Position numbers and translations under genes: made by a program. Positions 39,946 to 53,363 of a stretch of 64,000 nt of DNA are shown piece by piece (the stretch's first letter is position 1; every line of letters starts with the position of its first letter). Source of the DNA: Felis catus (lineage: Eukaryota). The notes under the pieces were generated by a model, which was not told the DNA's origin, made no database searches, and saw nothing but the letters and a program-made list of their open reading frames with translations. Location: the NCBI RefSeq assembly GCF_018350175.1, contig NC_058368.1, positions 148,368,001 through 148,432,000 of the forward strand, given 5' to 3'.

Positions 39946-42398
39946 TATATATATTATTTATTTAATATATATTATTTCTAGAATCTCAATTCCGTTCCAT
40001 TGACCTGTCTGTCTAGCCATATGTCAGTATCCCAGTGCCTTGATATCTGTTGCTTTGGGTAGGTTTTGAAATCAGAAAATGTAAGTTCTTTATTTTATTT
40101 GTTTACAAAACAAAATTGTTTGAAATGTTCTAGGTATCTTGCATTTTAAACAAATTTCATGGTCTTTGTGTTAATAACTGCAGAAAAGTCTGATGGAATT
40201 TTGATAAGGATTGCATTAAATATATAGATAAATTATGAGAAAACCGCCATCTAAACAATATATTATCTTCCATTTCACTAAGCATGAAATGTCTGTCATT
40301 TATCCTTTCAAAATGTTGTTCAGGAAAGTTTTATAACTTTCAATGTGTAAGTTTTGCACTCGTTTTGTTAAATTTATTACTATGAATTTCATACTATTTG
40401 ATGTTTTTGTGAATGGAATGCATTCTTAATTTCATTTTTGCTTATTCATTTCTCATATAGAAATATAATTTGTTTTTGCATGTGTATCTCATATCCTGCA
40501 ACACTGATGTACTTATTTATTCATTCTAATAGTTTTTCTATGGATCTCTTAGTTTTTCTACATTCAGGATCATGTTGTCTGTAAATTAAAATTTTGTTCT
40601 TCTTTCTAATACGAATGACTTTTACTTCTCATGCCTGGTTGAACTGGTTAGAACTTAGTTGAATATAAGATATGAGAGCAGACATTCTTGCCTTGATTCC
40701 AATTTTAAGTGAAAAGCATTCATTCTTTCACCATTAAATATTATATTTGTTATAGGCTTTTTATAGATACCTTTAATAAGGTTGAGGAAGTCCCATTCTA
40801 TTCCAAGTTTGCTAAGAGTTTTTACCATGACTGATTGTGGGATTTTGTCAAATTGAAGTGATCATATTTTTATTTTCTTTTTCTATTAATAGTACATATT
40901 ACATTAATTATTTTTTAAAATTACTTTTAGGTAACTACCCAACCTTGCATTTAATAGATAAATTCTACCTGGGCATGATATCTAATTTTTTATATGTTAT
41001 TAAATTGTATTTGCTAATATTTTTAAGGATTTTTGAATGCATGTAATCATACGGGATATTATTCTGTAACTTTCCTTTCTTGAGATGAGTTTGTCCGGCT
41101 TTGGTGTCAAAGGGATACCTGTAGTGTAGACTGTGTTGGAAAGTGTTTCATCCTCCTTTGCTTTTTCTGGAATAGTTTGTGGAGTACCAATATTATTTAA
41201 TCTTTAAATATTAATACAATTTAACAGTAAGCCATTTGGATTTGGACTTTTTATAGGAAGATTTTTAATTACCACTTTAACTTTTAAATAAATTGTTATA
41301 TATGTACTGAAACTTTTTATTTATTCCTGACTCAGTTTTCTTAATTAATGACTTTGTAGAAACTTGTCCATTTTATCTAAGTTGGATAATTTGTTAGCAT
41401 AAATTTGTTCATAGTGCTCTTTTATAATTCTTTACAAATCAGAGGGTCAGTAATAATGTCTCCTTTTTTATTCAAAATTTCATGATTGTGTTGTCCCACT
41501 CCCTCCCCACTTTAGTCTGTCTGGAGATTTGTCAATATTGTTGCTTTACTTGTTTTTTTCCTTCCAAATTTGACTACAATTATTCATTTGGAACACAATA
41601 GGCTCTGACTCTATAGGTCTGGAGACAATGTGATATTATGGGGGTAGAGCAAGAAAATAATTGATTTCCCCTTCTAAGTGCACTGATGAGGCAACAACTC
41701 TATCCAAGCAAAGGAAAAATGAACAAATGAATAAAAAGCATTTCAACAAGCAACTGAAGAGAGGGCACTTTTCTGGCAAAGCAACAGAGTTTTGGTGTCG
41801 TTTGTTTTATAAGATCTATGGATTTGATATAGACAAAGTCCTATGACTGCCTTCATACAGTTCCATTTAAATTCTCCAATTGTCTCTCATTCCAGGAGAA
41901 TGACTAGACTTTCACATAAGAAACCTACTGATTAAGCCTTATAGTTTGGCAAAATTCAGACTCAAACTGTCCATTTGGAATTGAATTCAAGTGATCGGGT
42001 TATAAAGATAGAAATAATTTAACATATCCTAGAGTGGTCGTAGTCTATGCCCTGAGCCAAAGACAGATATTTGATCTTTTCATACTCTTACTTTAATCTT
42101 CCCAGTGATATTAGAAGCGATATCTACATACAGTATTTTGCATATTATTTTTGCTAATGTAGAACATCAGACTACTTGTTTCCTAAGACACTGATTTTTA
42201 GGGGATTTTTATTTCAGTAGTTTAGAGACAATTCAAAATTTCCTTCTCATTCTCATGGTTTGCCAATTTTACTTTCTTTATTAAAAGCTTAATTTTTATT
42301 TTCTTTTTAATTCCAAGTAGGCCAGATAGTTTAGGATGCCATTTATTTTATTGAAATCCTGTTGCCTTTAAATAACTAGTACAAAAATATCCAGGGTT

Positions 42399-42624
42399 GG
42401 GGCACCTGGGTGGCTCAGTCTGTTAAGTGTCTGACTCTTGACTTCGGCGCAAGTCATGATCCTGAAGTTCGTTAGATCGAGCCCCATGGCGGGTTCTGTG
42501 CTGAGAGCATGGAGCCTGCTTGGGATTCTGTCTCTCCCTCTCTTTCTGCCCTTCCTATGCTTGCACGTGTTCATGTGCTCTCTTTTTCTCTCTCTCTCTC
42601 AATAAATAAATAAACATTAAAAAA
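42399..42624 (+). mobile_element. CanSINE
   Basis: ggggcacctgggtggctcagtc head, CT tract, A tail. Confidence 0.95.
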
Positions 42625-44336
42625 TGTGTAGTCAAACCGGATTGTTCTCAGTATCTCATTTTGAATACTAGCTCAATAGGTAAGTCAAATATTTTTTAAA
42701 TGGTTCAAATGTTTAATTGCATGATAATTTATCTACTATAATAATCAGACATCTTTACCATTGTTTGTTATATACTATATCTCATTATCTCATTCATCTT
42801 AATTTTAACAAGTATTGCTGCAAGTAAGAGGCTAAATATGAAATGTGAGTTGAATTTCTAGCCTGAAATGCCAGGATTTTCCTAATCTAGCTGGAGGGCT
42901 TTCAATACCTATTTGACAGGTATTATTTATCAAGCCAACCAAACACCAAAAGGGGAAAATATCTTTAGATGAGATCTCTGATGATAAATATCATAAGTTC
43001 ACCCTTCATTCCTCCCTCTATAGCATCTACTACTGCTGTGTAATGAGATGTATATTGTTATTATATCAAACATTAGCAGAACTGGGAGAAAATACGGAAT
43101 ACTGTTGCTATCCACAGTGGAAGTTATAGGCAGCATATTTCATGGAAAATTAGTCCTCAGAATTAGTTTTAAAGTACAGTATTTCTTGTTTTCATGGAGT
43201 TGTTATATGTGCCCAAACCAATAAAACCTACATTATTTTCTAAGTAAAAACTATCTTTCTTTAGCATCATGTTACTCTGGTGACATCACGTGTGTCACGA
43301 CTATTGGTCATGGCTCTTGAAATGGTAAGAATGAGGGGAAAATTCTTAACAATACTTTTTTTCATATATTGAAACAGAAATTTTCAATCCCACTACGTGT
43401 TTTTAGACCACCTATAGTGTGCCTATCATGGAGTTTTCCTTGTTCCTTTGTTTTGTTTATTTTATTCCCTCCATCCTAGTCTATTTCCCTAACTTTACAT
43501 TTAGAGAAAAGAGAGTAATTTGCAATTGTAAATTAATATATCGTGCTGTAAGATATTCTTAATATGGTTAAACAGTATTAATTGGCCAAGTTACCATTTT
43601 ATTGAAGTCAGAATAAAATCTACACTGGCCAGTAAAAATAAATGAACTATGAATTCTAAGGATCATTTGACTCAAATATCTTTCCATAACATGCCCTGAG
43701 AAGGATGTGGGTTGAGAGTAGTATAATGTCTGGTTGTGAGTGTCCAGAGATGTAACTCAGACAGTAATTATGTGGAATTGTGCTTTGGAGCCCGATATGG
43801 GTAGAGTGCAAAACAGACATATCATCTGTTACTGCCTGCCTGTCTGATCTAAAGAAAAACCTTATGACTTCATCGAATTATACATTTCTCAAAAGATGAC
43901 TTTACCAACTATTTTTTACATGGTTATATTATGCCAGACTAGCTTTTCCTTGTTCCTTCAGTTTCACAAAATTTCCATGTGAAAATAAATTATCTGAGTT
44001 AACTATATTTAGGTCAAAGATATGTCTAATTAATGTAAGCCAAATAACTAATCATATGGTTTATATAAACAGATCTTGGATATATAACTTCAAGACATTG
44101 CACATGGCATTTTATTTTCCTACACACAACCTGTGTGTATACACATGTAGGTCATTCTCTAACAGTTGAAAATAAAAAATCATTACACTTTCCATAGTAC
44201 CAGAGAGAAAAGAAGTATTATTTCATACTTTCATTTGAATCTCCCTACTTATTAAACGTATGCATCTAAGTAAAGCAGTTTCCAAAGTGGGTCTGAAATG
44301 GGCTTCAAATTCAACAGGAAAATGTGATCCAATCAG

Positions 44337-45050
44337 CGTAGCACCCATATTTGTCACATCTTTCCTAGTACTCCAGATGAATTTCACCTGCCAGCACCCA
44401 CATCTCTGTGCATGAGATTTCCCCCCTTTACTAGAGAGTCACGCTGAGCTCTTAAGAGTACTTGTGACACATGCAACATGCCAGAGAATAAATATCCACC
44501 CAGGAAAATTCCTCAACCAGTGAACCTCTGCACTTGGTGTATAATTACCCCAGCTCTCTCATACCTCACATAGGATATTTCTGAAGTGTGTTATGCACCC
44601 CTTCGCAAAGTTTCCCAGGAGAATTATTCTCCAGACATCCACTGTGCTAGCTGTTTTAAGAGATTATTTTTAAAAATTTTTTTTCAACGTTTATTTATTT
44701 TTGGGACAGAGAGAGACAGAGCATGAACGGGGGAGGGGCAGAGAGAGAGGGAGACACAGAATCAGAAACAGGCTCCAGGCTCTGAGCCATCAGCCCAGAG
44801 CCTGACGCGGGGCTCAAACTCCCAGACCGCAAGATCGAGATCGTGACCTGGCTGAAGTTGGATGCTTAACCGACTGCGCCACCCAGGCGCCCCTGTGCTA
44901 GCTGTTTTAAAGTATGAACCTTATTGTCCTCCTTTTCCTCTATGTTTCACTTCCCCCTCTTCCCTACTAATGTTAACCAAGCTTCCCAATATACTACTTG
45001 CATCAATACTGGTTTCACGATCTAATTAAGGGAGAATGCAGCCTTAGACA
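44337..45050 (+). mobile_element. LTR16-like ERVL LTR, interrupted by a SINE and followed by internal-region start gttggtac
   Basis: taccccagctctctcatacctc, cacttcccc...ttcccaatatactacttgca, terminal ttagaca|gttggtacta. Confidence 0.75.
44660..44893 (-). mobile_element. Young SINEC_Fc with 17-bp TSD
   Basis: tgtgctagctgttttaa at 44643-44659 and 44894-44910. Confidence 0.98.
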
Positions 45051-45428
45051 GTTGGTACTAGATGAGATAAATAAGATGGGATGAACATGGATTATAGTAA
45101 ACTACAATGTGTGTCTTGTGTTAGACGGTTTATCACTACTCAGGCCCATCTCATTGCAACCATGAGGGAAAACAGGACCAGTATTCCTCTATGGCAATAA
45201 TAACCAGTATTCCTGGTCTTGGAAGATAAATTGGTAATCTAAAATTTTACCTAAAATTTCTTGTTTTGTTTGTTTGTTTTACATTGACAAGTAATGAAAT
45301 TTTATTTAAATGTACATAGCTATTAAACAATACATCAAACTAAATGGCAAATATGCAGCCAAACTAATCTGTTTTGAATGATACTCTAGCTCCATTGAGC
45401 CTATCTTGTCTAGCTTCTGAAAGCTCAT

Positions 45429-45789
45429 TTGCTCTGGGCCACTATTAAAATTGGTATGTTTTAAATTAAGCTGATAAATTAGTATAGTAATACTTTCAAT
45501 TGTTGTATATTCTCCTTCCAGAATTCAAAATCTCCCATAAATATCTGCCTTTTTTTCTTAGTGGTAAAGGTTAAAAAGTACAATAATGTATCTTTTACTT
45601 TAGAATGAATACCCTGGATTCCAGGATATTCCAGATCATTGGAACCTTTATAACTTCACCAATGTGGTTATTTCTGAATATCTACATATTTCCCTCCCAT
45701 TCTCTGGTAAGCATATATCTGTGTTCATCAGGTTTGATTAACATAATGTCATCAATATAGTGGACCAGTATGGTGCTCTGGGGAATGTC
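45429..45789 (-). pseudogene. pol: Degenerate ERV-L pol (reverse transcriptase) fragment
   Basis: Minus-strand translation DIPQSTILVHYIDDIMLIKPDEH... and IHSKVKDTLLYFLTFTTKKKRQIFMGDFEFWKENIQQLKVLLY*, then GPEQ; stops and frameshifts in between. Confidence 0.9.
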
Positions 45790-46699
45790 ATCATAGTCTT
45801 GACAGTTTTGACCAAAAACTAATCCCCCAAAAGCTCAGTTACATAGAAAGAAAATTCATGATTTTTATATATATATTTATGTGTAATATGTATACACCAT
45901 GAGTAAAAATCAAAGTTCTGTTATCAAAGATGAAGAATTTTAGACAATAAACTCCTTGTTATAGACAAATTTTTTTTGTATACTTAACATAGATATAAAT
46001 TTTTAACATATTTGAAAATCATGAATTTTTTTAACAGGTTTTGAAGGATTAGTTTTTGGCCACAACTACCTACATTTATTTTATGCAAAGTTTCAATTCA
46101 CCACACATAATGCTCTAAATCTGCAGCTCAATGGTGACAAAAATTCTATTAATATTCACACTGGTAGAGTTGTGACAAAATGCTTCCATTGTGTGGTAGG
46201 AAGAACCCTTGGAATCAGAGAACAGATACTGTTAGGTGTTTGATTTTGAATACCATTACAGCCTTCAGTCAGCTTCAGGAACTGTATAATGAGATAATAA
46301 TGTTTTCTGTAGGGGTGAACAAAAATGTATAAAGAATGAAAACCTGATTTTTAATTGAGAAATCTTAATAGACCTGATATAATACAGTAGCTGTATTGGG
46401 CAATCCTCAGGTCAGGTTTGGGATCCCGAACAAATACGATTCCTATCAAGAGTTCTTTGCTTAGTCACCTGATTCTCCCTGAAGTTAATTGAAGCCTCTA
46501 TGCTTTAAACAGGAAGTTGACTGATGCAAAAGAGTAGTTTGAATTTAGGGGTGCATGCCACTTTCAAAGTTTAAGAATGTCAAAGAATGTCTTTAGCTCT
46601 ATACTGTTGAAAGGATTTACCATGTACTGGCTTCTTCCCGAAATTCGTTTCTACTGTTGGTGCTCATGATGGTGATGTTGATAAGAAACAGCAATAGCA

Positions 46700-46920
46700 A
46701 ACTTTACTCAATGCCTGCTATGTTCACGGCACTATTCTGTGCACTTTGTATGTTTTAATACATTTACTTTCATAAAAAATATGAAAAAGGTAATATCATT
46801 AGTCTAATTTTACAGATGTGGAAACTGAGGCATAGAGTTTCTTATGGAGTTTGCATACATTTATATACTTAGGTAGTGACTAAGCAGACTTTCAACCCAG
46901 AGTGGCTCTGCACTAAAGCT
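46700..46920 (-). mobile_element. MIR
   Basis: aatgcctgctatgttcacggcactattctg...ttttacagatgtggaaactgaggcatagag. Confidence 0.8.
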
Positions 46921-47384
46921 ACACCAAAATATTGCCCCAGGAAAGCAGCACACAGGTGCCTCACAAATCGAAAAAAAATTCCGATGACTCTCTTCCCAAG
47001 GCAACTTGCATCTATGGAAAATTAATTGTTTCCCCGTAGACCTGTCTAGGTTACTGCCTGAGATGGAGGTAGTACTCTTCATAGACAAGAAAAAGAAGAA
47101 CTTATTTCATGGAGAGAGAGAAGCTTCTAGAAAAATCTAGTCCTGAGGTTATCCAACCTGAGAGGGATAATGAACATTTAAATATTTTCCCCCTCTTACT
47201 CTTTTTCTTCCCCGAGAGGTGTAGGGCTCAATATTAAATCTGGATTTTGCTTTAATATATCTCAGTGAGATTGTGTTCTCTATGTAATGTCCCACTTTTC
47301 TAAAGGGAAGGGAAAAAATGTTTCAGTTCTACTTTTGGAGCTGAAATGCTATCTCTTAATCACTCTAGCATCATTTTCTTTTTA

Positions 47385-47560
47385 AACGTCATCACTATTG
47401 ACATCTTGGTCTGGATGATTCTGTATTGTGGAGGCTGTGTGTGCATTGCAGGATATTTAGCAGCACCCCGGCCTCTACCCACAAGATGCCAGTAGCATCT
47501 CCCCAGTTATGACAACAAAAAAGTGTCCTATAGTTTGCGAAATCACCTCAGTTGATAACA
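47385..47560 (+). mobile_element. MER20 hAT fossil
   Basis: gtgcattgcaggatatttagcagcaccccggcctctacccacaagatgccagtagc. Confidence 0.88.
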
Positions 47561-48072
47561 TTTAGACTTCAGCACTTCAGTTCAAAAATAAAATAAAGAT
47601 TGATAATGAGATCGATTTGACTGCAGCGAGAAGAGTGTTTAATGTGATCATTTAAGGAATTGTTTCTTAGAAAAACAAAGTTAATAAATAAGGCTTTTTT
47701 TCTAAATTATGTTACAAAATTTCTGTATACCTCACCTAAGTGTAAGCCAAAAATCGAACTTGTCCTGTATATTGTATATTGATTACTACAAGGCCTATAC
47801 CCTTACCTTGTATAGGTCTAAGAGTCACATAAACAATATAGTAGATATACTTCGGCTTCATGACATAGCATATAGCAAGATAATGAAATAAACCAAGGCT
47901 GGGAATTAATGAAACAGTGCAACAAGTTGAGGAGGCATTACAAATCCAGGCAGTCCTCAGAAGTTAGGGGTTTTTAGAGAATTAAGTCAAAGACAAAATG
48001 AGCTAAAAGCCACACATCATGATGCAGCAATAGGTTAAAGTCAGTCAAGCTGTCAGTGACTTAAAAGCAACA

Positions 48073-48295
48073 TTGTATCTGGGTGGCTCAGTCGTTAACC
48101 TTCAGACTTTGGCTCAGGTCATGATCTCGCAGTCTGTGACTTCGAGCCCCGCATCAGGCTCTGTTCTGACAGCTCAGAGTCTGGAGCCTGCTTTGGATTC
48201 TGTGTCTCCCAGTCTCTGTGCTTCTCCCTCACTCATGCTCTGTGTCTCTCTCTGTCAAAAATAAATAAACATTAAAAAAATTTTAATAAAAAAAG
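48073..48295 (+). mobile_element. CanSINE
   Basis: ctgggtggctcagtcgttaa...ctcaggtcatgatctc, A tail. Confidence 0.95.
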
Positions 48296-48530
48296 CTAAA
48301 AAGAATTCTTTAAGCTTTTATTCAGGGAGAAGGGTACAAAATTTCTTCCATTTTTATGAACAAAATGTATAATATGCTGTAAAAATCCAAAGTAAATTGT
48401 TAATTGGCACTTGACTGACAACTGATTAGTTGTTAGTTTAACTGTTAGTGTTAAAACTGTAAGTTTTAACAAGAGCAAAATCTTAAATCAGTTTTAATTC
48501 ACTTTCTCAATTTAAAATTATTACGTTCTT

Positions 48531-48760
48531 GGGGCACCAGGGTGGCTCAGTTGGTTGAGCATCCGACTTCGGCTCAGGTCATGATCTCACGGTTTGTGGG
48601 TTCAAGCCCTACATCGAGCTCTGTGCTGACAGCTCAGAGCCTGGAGCTGCTTCAGATTCTGTGTCTCCCTCTCTCTCTGCCCCTCCCCTGCTCCCACTCT
48701 GTCTCTCTCTCTCTCTCTCTCTCAAAAATAAAGAAACACTAAAAAAAATTAAAATAAAAC
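48531..48760 (+). mobile_element. CanSINE
   Basis: ggggcaccagggtggctcagttgg head, (CT)n, A tail. Confidence 0.95.
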
Positions 48761-50863
48761 CATTGTATCTAGAGATAAGTATACCTCAAGTCAGAGAGTA
48801 GCCCTTTCTCACAAATGCAGTCTTTCGCAGCCAAACACAGTAATTGATTTCCTAGGGAAGACTACCATATAGTGTGGTCCATTTAATGGATGTTAAAAAC
48901 TAAGATTTGAAAAGAAGAAATATTTTAATATATATACTTCCATAAAAAAAAAGAAGAACGTGGTGAAATATGTACCTCATTACTAGAGAAAGTTCAAATA
49001 GAAATATAATAGTATTCTTTAAAAATGTACACAGCGAAGTTCAGAGAAATTAAATGACCTGTGTGCTTATAGCTACTAAGAAAAATAGAAGTCCAATTTC
49101 TTAATTACTTGGCTATCTGATCCAATGTTTACTACTTTTTTTAGACTAATAAAACATCTCTGATTTCCAGTGTTTTAGAAACACAGGTTTTTGTAGCATA
49201 TTAAACAAACAGACAAAAAGTCAACCACCAATCACATCCCTGTGGCTACTGAGAAGGCAATACATTCTACCAATGAATAAAAACTGACAGAAAGATTAGG
49301 TACAGCGTTTAAAAACACACTTTTCCTCAACATTAGGCATTTTGTTTGGCTAATTAGAGAAATTACTCCAATTAAAAATGTTTCTTCATTGGTACAAATA
49401 ACTGTAGTATCATTTGCACTTTCCTATCCTTAGCATCTTTCCAAGCATATTAGAAGATAAAATGTCTCTTTTGCATTTTCTATGTTTTCATAAACCTTTT
49501 AAATATACATATATTATATATAATATATTATACATTATATATTGTATATAATACATTATACATAATATATTATATTTTATATATTATATTTTATTTATAT
49601 ATATATTACTTCAAGCTAAACTTTTCAACTTAACATATTTTATTGGAAGAAAAAAATAACTATTGATTACATATGCATATAATTCTCTGTAAATATGTCC
49701 AAAAACATAAAGAAGGAAACATGTAAATAAATACATATAATATGTAAAATAAATGTCTCTCATTCAAGAAATACCACTAAGATAGTGGTTTTTCTCTGTG
49801 TGGGGGATCTCTCTCTTTTTCTCTTATTAATAAGATTAATCAGATAAGTCTTATTAACTTTTTCTCTCCTGATTAAACTTGATAATGAAGACATTTCTTT
49901 TATCTTTTTAAGGATTACAATTGATGCAGATAGCTCAGCTGACCCTAAACATGCACTTTGTAGTCCATTGCATTGGAGGATTGTTTACAGAATGCTAATC
50001 ACATTAAGAAATCTACCTTCAGCTTCTGTTTACCTGAGTCTTCCAGACAAGCATACATTTTGAAGTAACATATTTTGTCATAAATTAACAGTTTAGGGCT
50101 GTATAACAGGTACTCCCAAGACAGAAATGACTGTGACTAACTCTGGCATTTCGGAAGCAACAAGTCTTGTCTGTTATCAGCATGTTATCTGTTATCTGTT
50201 ATCTGTTATGGTGGGTTGTGGAAACTGAGAATCAGTGTGTCCTAAATTACAATAGAACTTCTGACTTTTTAAATATTAAAAAAGAAAAGAAGCTCAAGAC
50301 CCAAAACATAGAGTTACTAAATCTATTAGCAGTGAAAGGAATTAGCTGCCCACGTGAGCTTAATGTTCATGATACTCATGGAAACTTCTTCCCAAGTGTT
50401 AAGGATTTTTAGCTGATCTTCATTTCATCCCCAACACCTAACACCATCAAGGGGCCCTCAAAATGCTTTAGTTTCAAGCAGTCAGACCAAATTGTAATAT
50501 AATACAGAACCAATCTAGAAATAGGATTTTTAGATTCTGTCGTGAGTCAGTGTGCATTCTGTCATGAGCAAATTATGTGCTGCATTTCTACTGTGGATTA
50601 TATCATTCTAGAAAGGCTCATCTAGATCGAGGAAATCATCAACACTAGAAAAATATAGACCTTGACTACATGTAAAAACTATGGTTCGAAAATGATTAGA
50701 GAAAATTATGAGATTATTGATCATAAAAACAAGCAATAGTTTTTAATTAAATTATATAGGAATCATTTTCAAATGTGGAAATGTTTGCACATTTTAAAGT
50801 AATAACACTTATTGTTCATATTATAACTTTGATCAAACTTTATTCATATAATTACAGCATGAC

Positions 50864-50990
50864 TTTTTTTTTTCCTTAAGTAGGCTCCACACCCAGTGTG
50901 GAGCTCAATGTGAGGCTTGAACTCACAACCCTGAGTTCAAGACCTGAGCTGAGATCGAGTCAGATACTTGCCTGAGCTACCCAGGTGCCC
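50864..50990 (-). mobile_element. Short CT-less CanSINE
   Basis: Antisense ...gtgtggagcctacttaaggaaaaaa; flanking catgac repeats. Confidence 0.88.
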
Positions 50991-53363
50991 TTCAACATGA
51001 CATTTTTAACCAATTTTCATAAGTTCTTCACTTTTTACATTTTGTAAATAAAAATATCATTTCCACAGGAAACCACCCTGAAATATTTTATACATTATGA
51101 CTTGGATACATATAAAAATTATTGGTTCACTGCCTTTTCTTATAACTGAACAGAGTAAAATATTCAAATAGTTTAAATACACAATTTAAATAATTTTCAA
51201 GAGTTATAATGTAGTTAATATAATTTCACTGAAAATGGTGAATTCATAAAATGAGCATTTTTTTTTCCAAGTCAAGTATGATCCTTATGGAAGGAAGTTT
51301 TGCCTGGAAATATTTTTTTCTTAGATGTGAGCTAATTGTAACATCCTTCACATAGATAAGTTGAGATTACTCTTTGAAATCTCTTCCCTCCAGGGACCTT
51401 CCCTCTTCTCCCTCCTCAACCCTTTCTTCTCTTCATATGTTCTTTCTGTTTCATATTAGAAGGAGGCATCCCTTACACTGAACTCTACTTTCTGAGGCCA
51501 AAGAAATAAGTGGCTTTGTCCACATCTGTGGTTCCCAGACCATCTTGTAGTAGCCCCATTTCAGGCACTCTGGAGGGTGTTTGTGTACCCTCTAGATACA
51601 GGAAGGTATTAGGCTTAGTTTTCAGGAGAGAAGATGCCTCTTTTGTTTGGCCAAAAACATTCTTCATTTTTTGGTTTTTGTGTTTGTTTTGTTGTCTGAA
51701 TTTTTCTTTTTTTTATGTCCTTGAATTATTTAGTTATTCCCATTAGATCCTTATATCATTATTCTTTTAAGGCATTCTCAAATGTTTTTATTAAACAAAA
51801 AAACCTTCTTTAAAATCATTATTAAATCCAAATTTTAAAAATATAAATAAAAGTTAACTGTTAAAATACTTGGAAAATGTAGTATATTTATAGTGTAACC
51901 ATATTTTAGGTACACCTTGACATGCAATTAACATATAAGAGAAGCTGGAGATTCAAACTTATTTCACATTAAAATCTTGTTCTTTCTACTGTATCAAAGG
52001 TTGATGGCCAATATTCTTGTACTTCTTATCTTTTTCTTTGGTGGAATAAGATGAAATTAGAGACTAAGATTTCTTCAAATTCATCAAAGAGAAAGTTAAA
52101 TTCGGTCAATGGCAAGTCCACATTTTAATTTGAATTCTTAAATAAGGGTTACATTACAACTAATAACAACTTTCACTAAGAAACCATATCGTATTTTTGA
52201 CAATTTCATGTTGTATAAAATACTCAGTGTGAGAGAGACTCAGCCCTTTACTCAATGTAAGCAGTTTTGAATTTAATTTTCTGATTTGACCTAAAATTGG
52301 TGACTTAAATCTTATCTGCAGCCCTCCTTCTTCCCACTATTGAAGGGGAATATACTATACTCTTTCATGGTCTCTTGATTTAAAAAAATAGACTATGGAT
52401 CCTTACATTTTTCAATGTTCCCTTTAAATGTATATCTTAAGGTTAATAAATTTCTCAAAATCACCAGTGTGCTTTAGGAAGTCAGTTGAAGTTCATATAT
52501 TTTCTATGGAAACCCTAGGTGCTTTATAATAAATTGTAACAGATTCTGAAGTAGATATGACTAATTTATCTCTTAGAAATTCACCTAGAAACTAATTATA
52601 CTGCTTTCTCTCAATTTAGTGAATTATCACACTGCTATTAAGCAAATGAATTGGTCTGTTAGAGTTTCACTGAATCATGCTAATAAATGACTAATATTCT
52701 ATGTTTTCTAAGATGCTGCAAATGTATTTTTATTCCTGATTCTTCAGGTATAATAAATACAGGAAAAGCCTCCATAGGAGAAAAACAGATACAGCATGGA
52801 AACTTTCCAGATATTTGTTGCCCAGACAAAACATGACAACATCATATTCAATAATTGTTAACAAAAACTATTCTTGCTTATGGCAAAATATTCTTAGGGG
52901 GTGCATCTTGAGAAGTTATACAGTCTTCAAAAATTATTAAGTAATGAAATTATAGAGTTCCTGAAAGAAAATTGCTCTCTCCCAAGTTCACCGACTCTAT
53001 ACTGTATCTGAACTCAAAACATTCCAGTGTTTTGTTTTCAGTGCAACACCTCACCTTTAACAGAAATATATATTAGATAGAAAACATGCATACCCCACTA
53101 TAGATTTATGGTATCACAGTTAAAACAGACTTCCCTAAACCTCTCTGTGAAATAGTGTATTTTTTTTGTGTGCACTGAAGGTATTTAAACTGAGAGCAAG
53201 GCACCAGAGTTCAATTTGGAGTATAGAAAATTTATGCTTTTTCAGTGTTGGAAAATGGTTGGGGAAATAGGATATCTCACTGACTTTTTTTGAAAGTGTA
53301 ATTCTTCAGCTTATCAAGAGGATAGTTTGGCAGTATCTATCAAGATAAAAAAATAAACATTCT

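Larger units (their letters stand above)
37595..41545 (-). mobile_element. Old L1 (L1MC/L1ME-type) 3' ~3 kb, interrupted by MLT1 and SINEs
   Basis: Antisense L1 3'UTR/ORF2 text: catctttttcatgtgcttattagccatttgtatatcttc-like, ggaattttgataaggattgcattaaat, aggttgaggaagtcccattctattcc. Confidence 0.88.
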
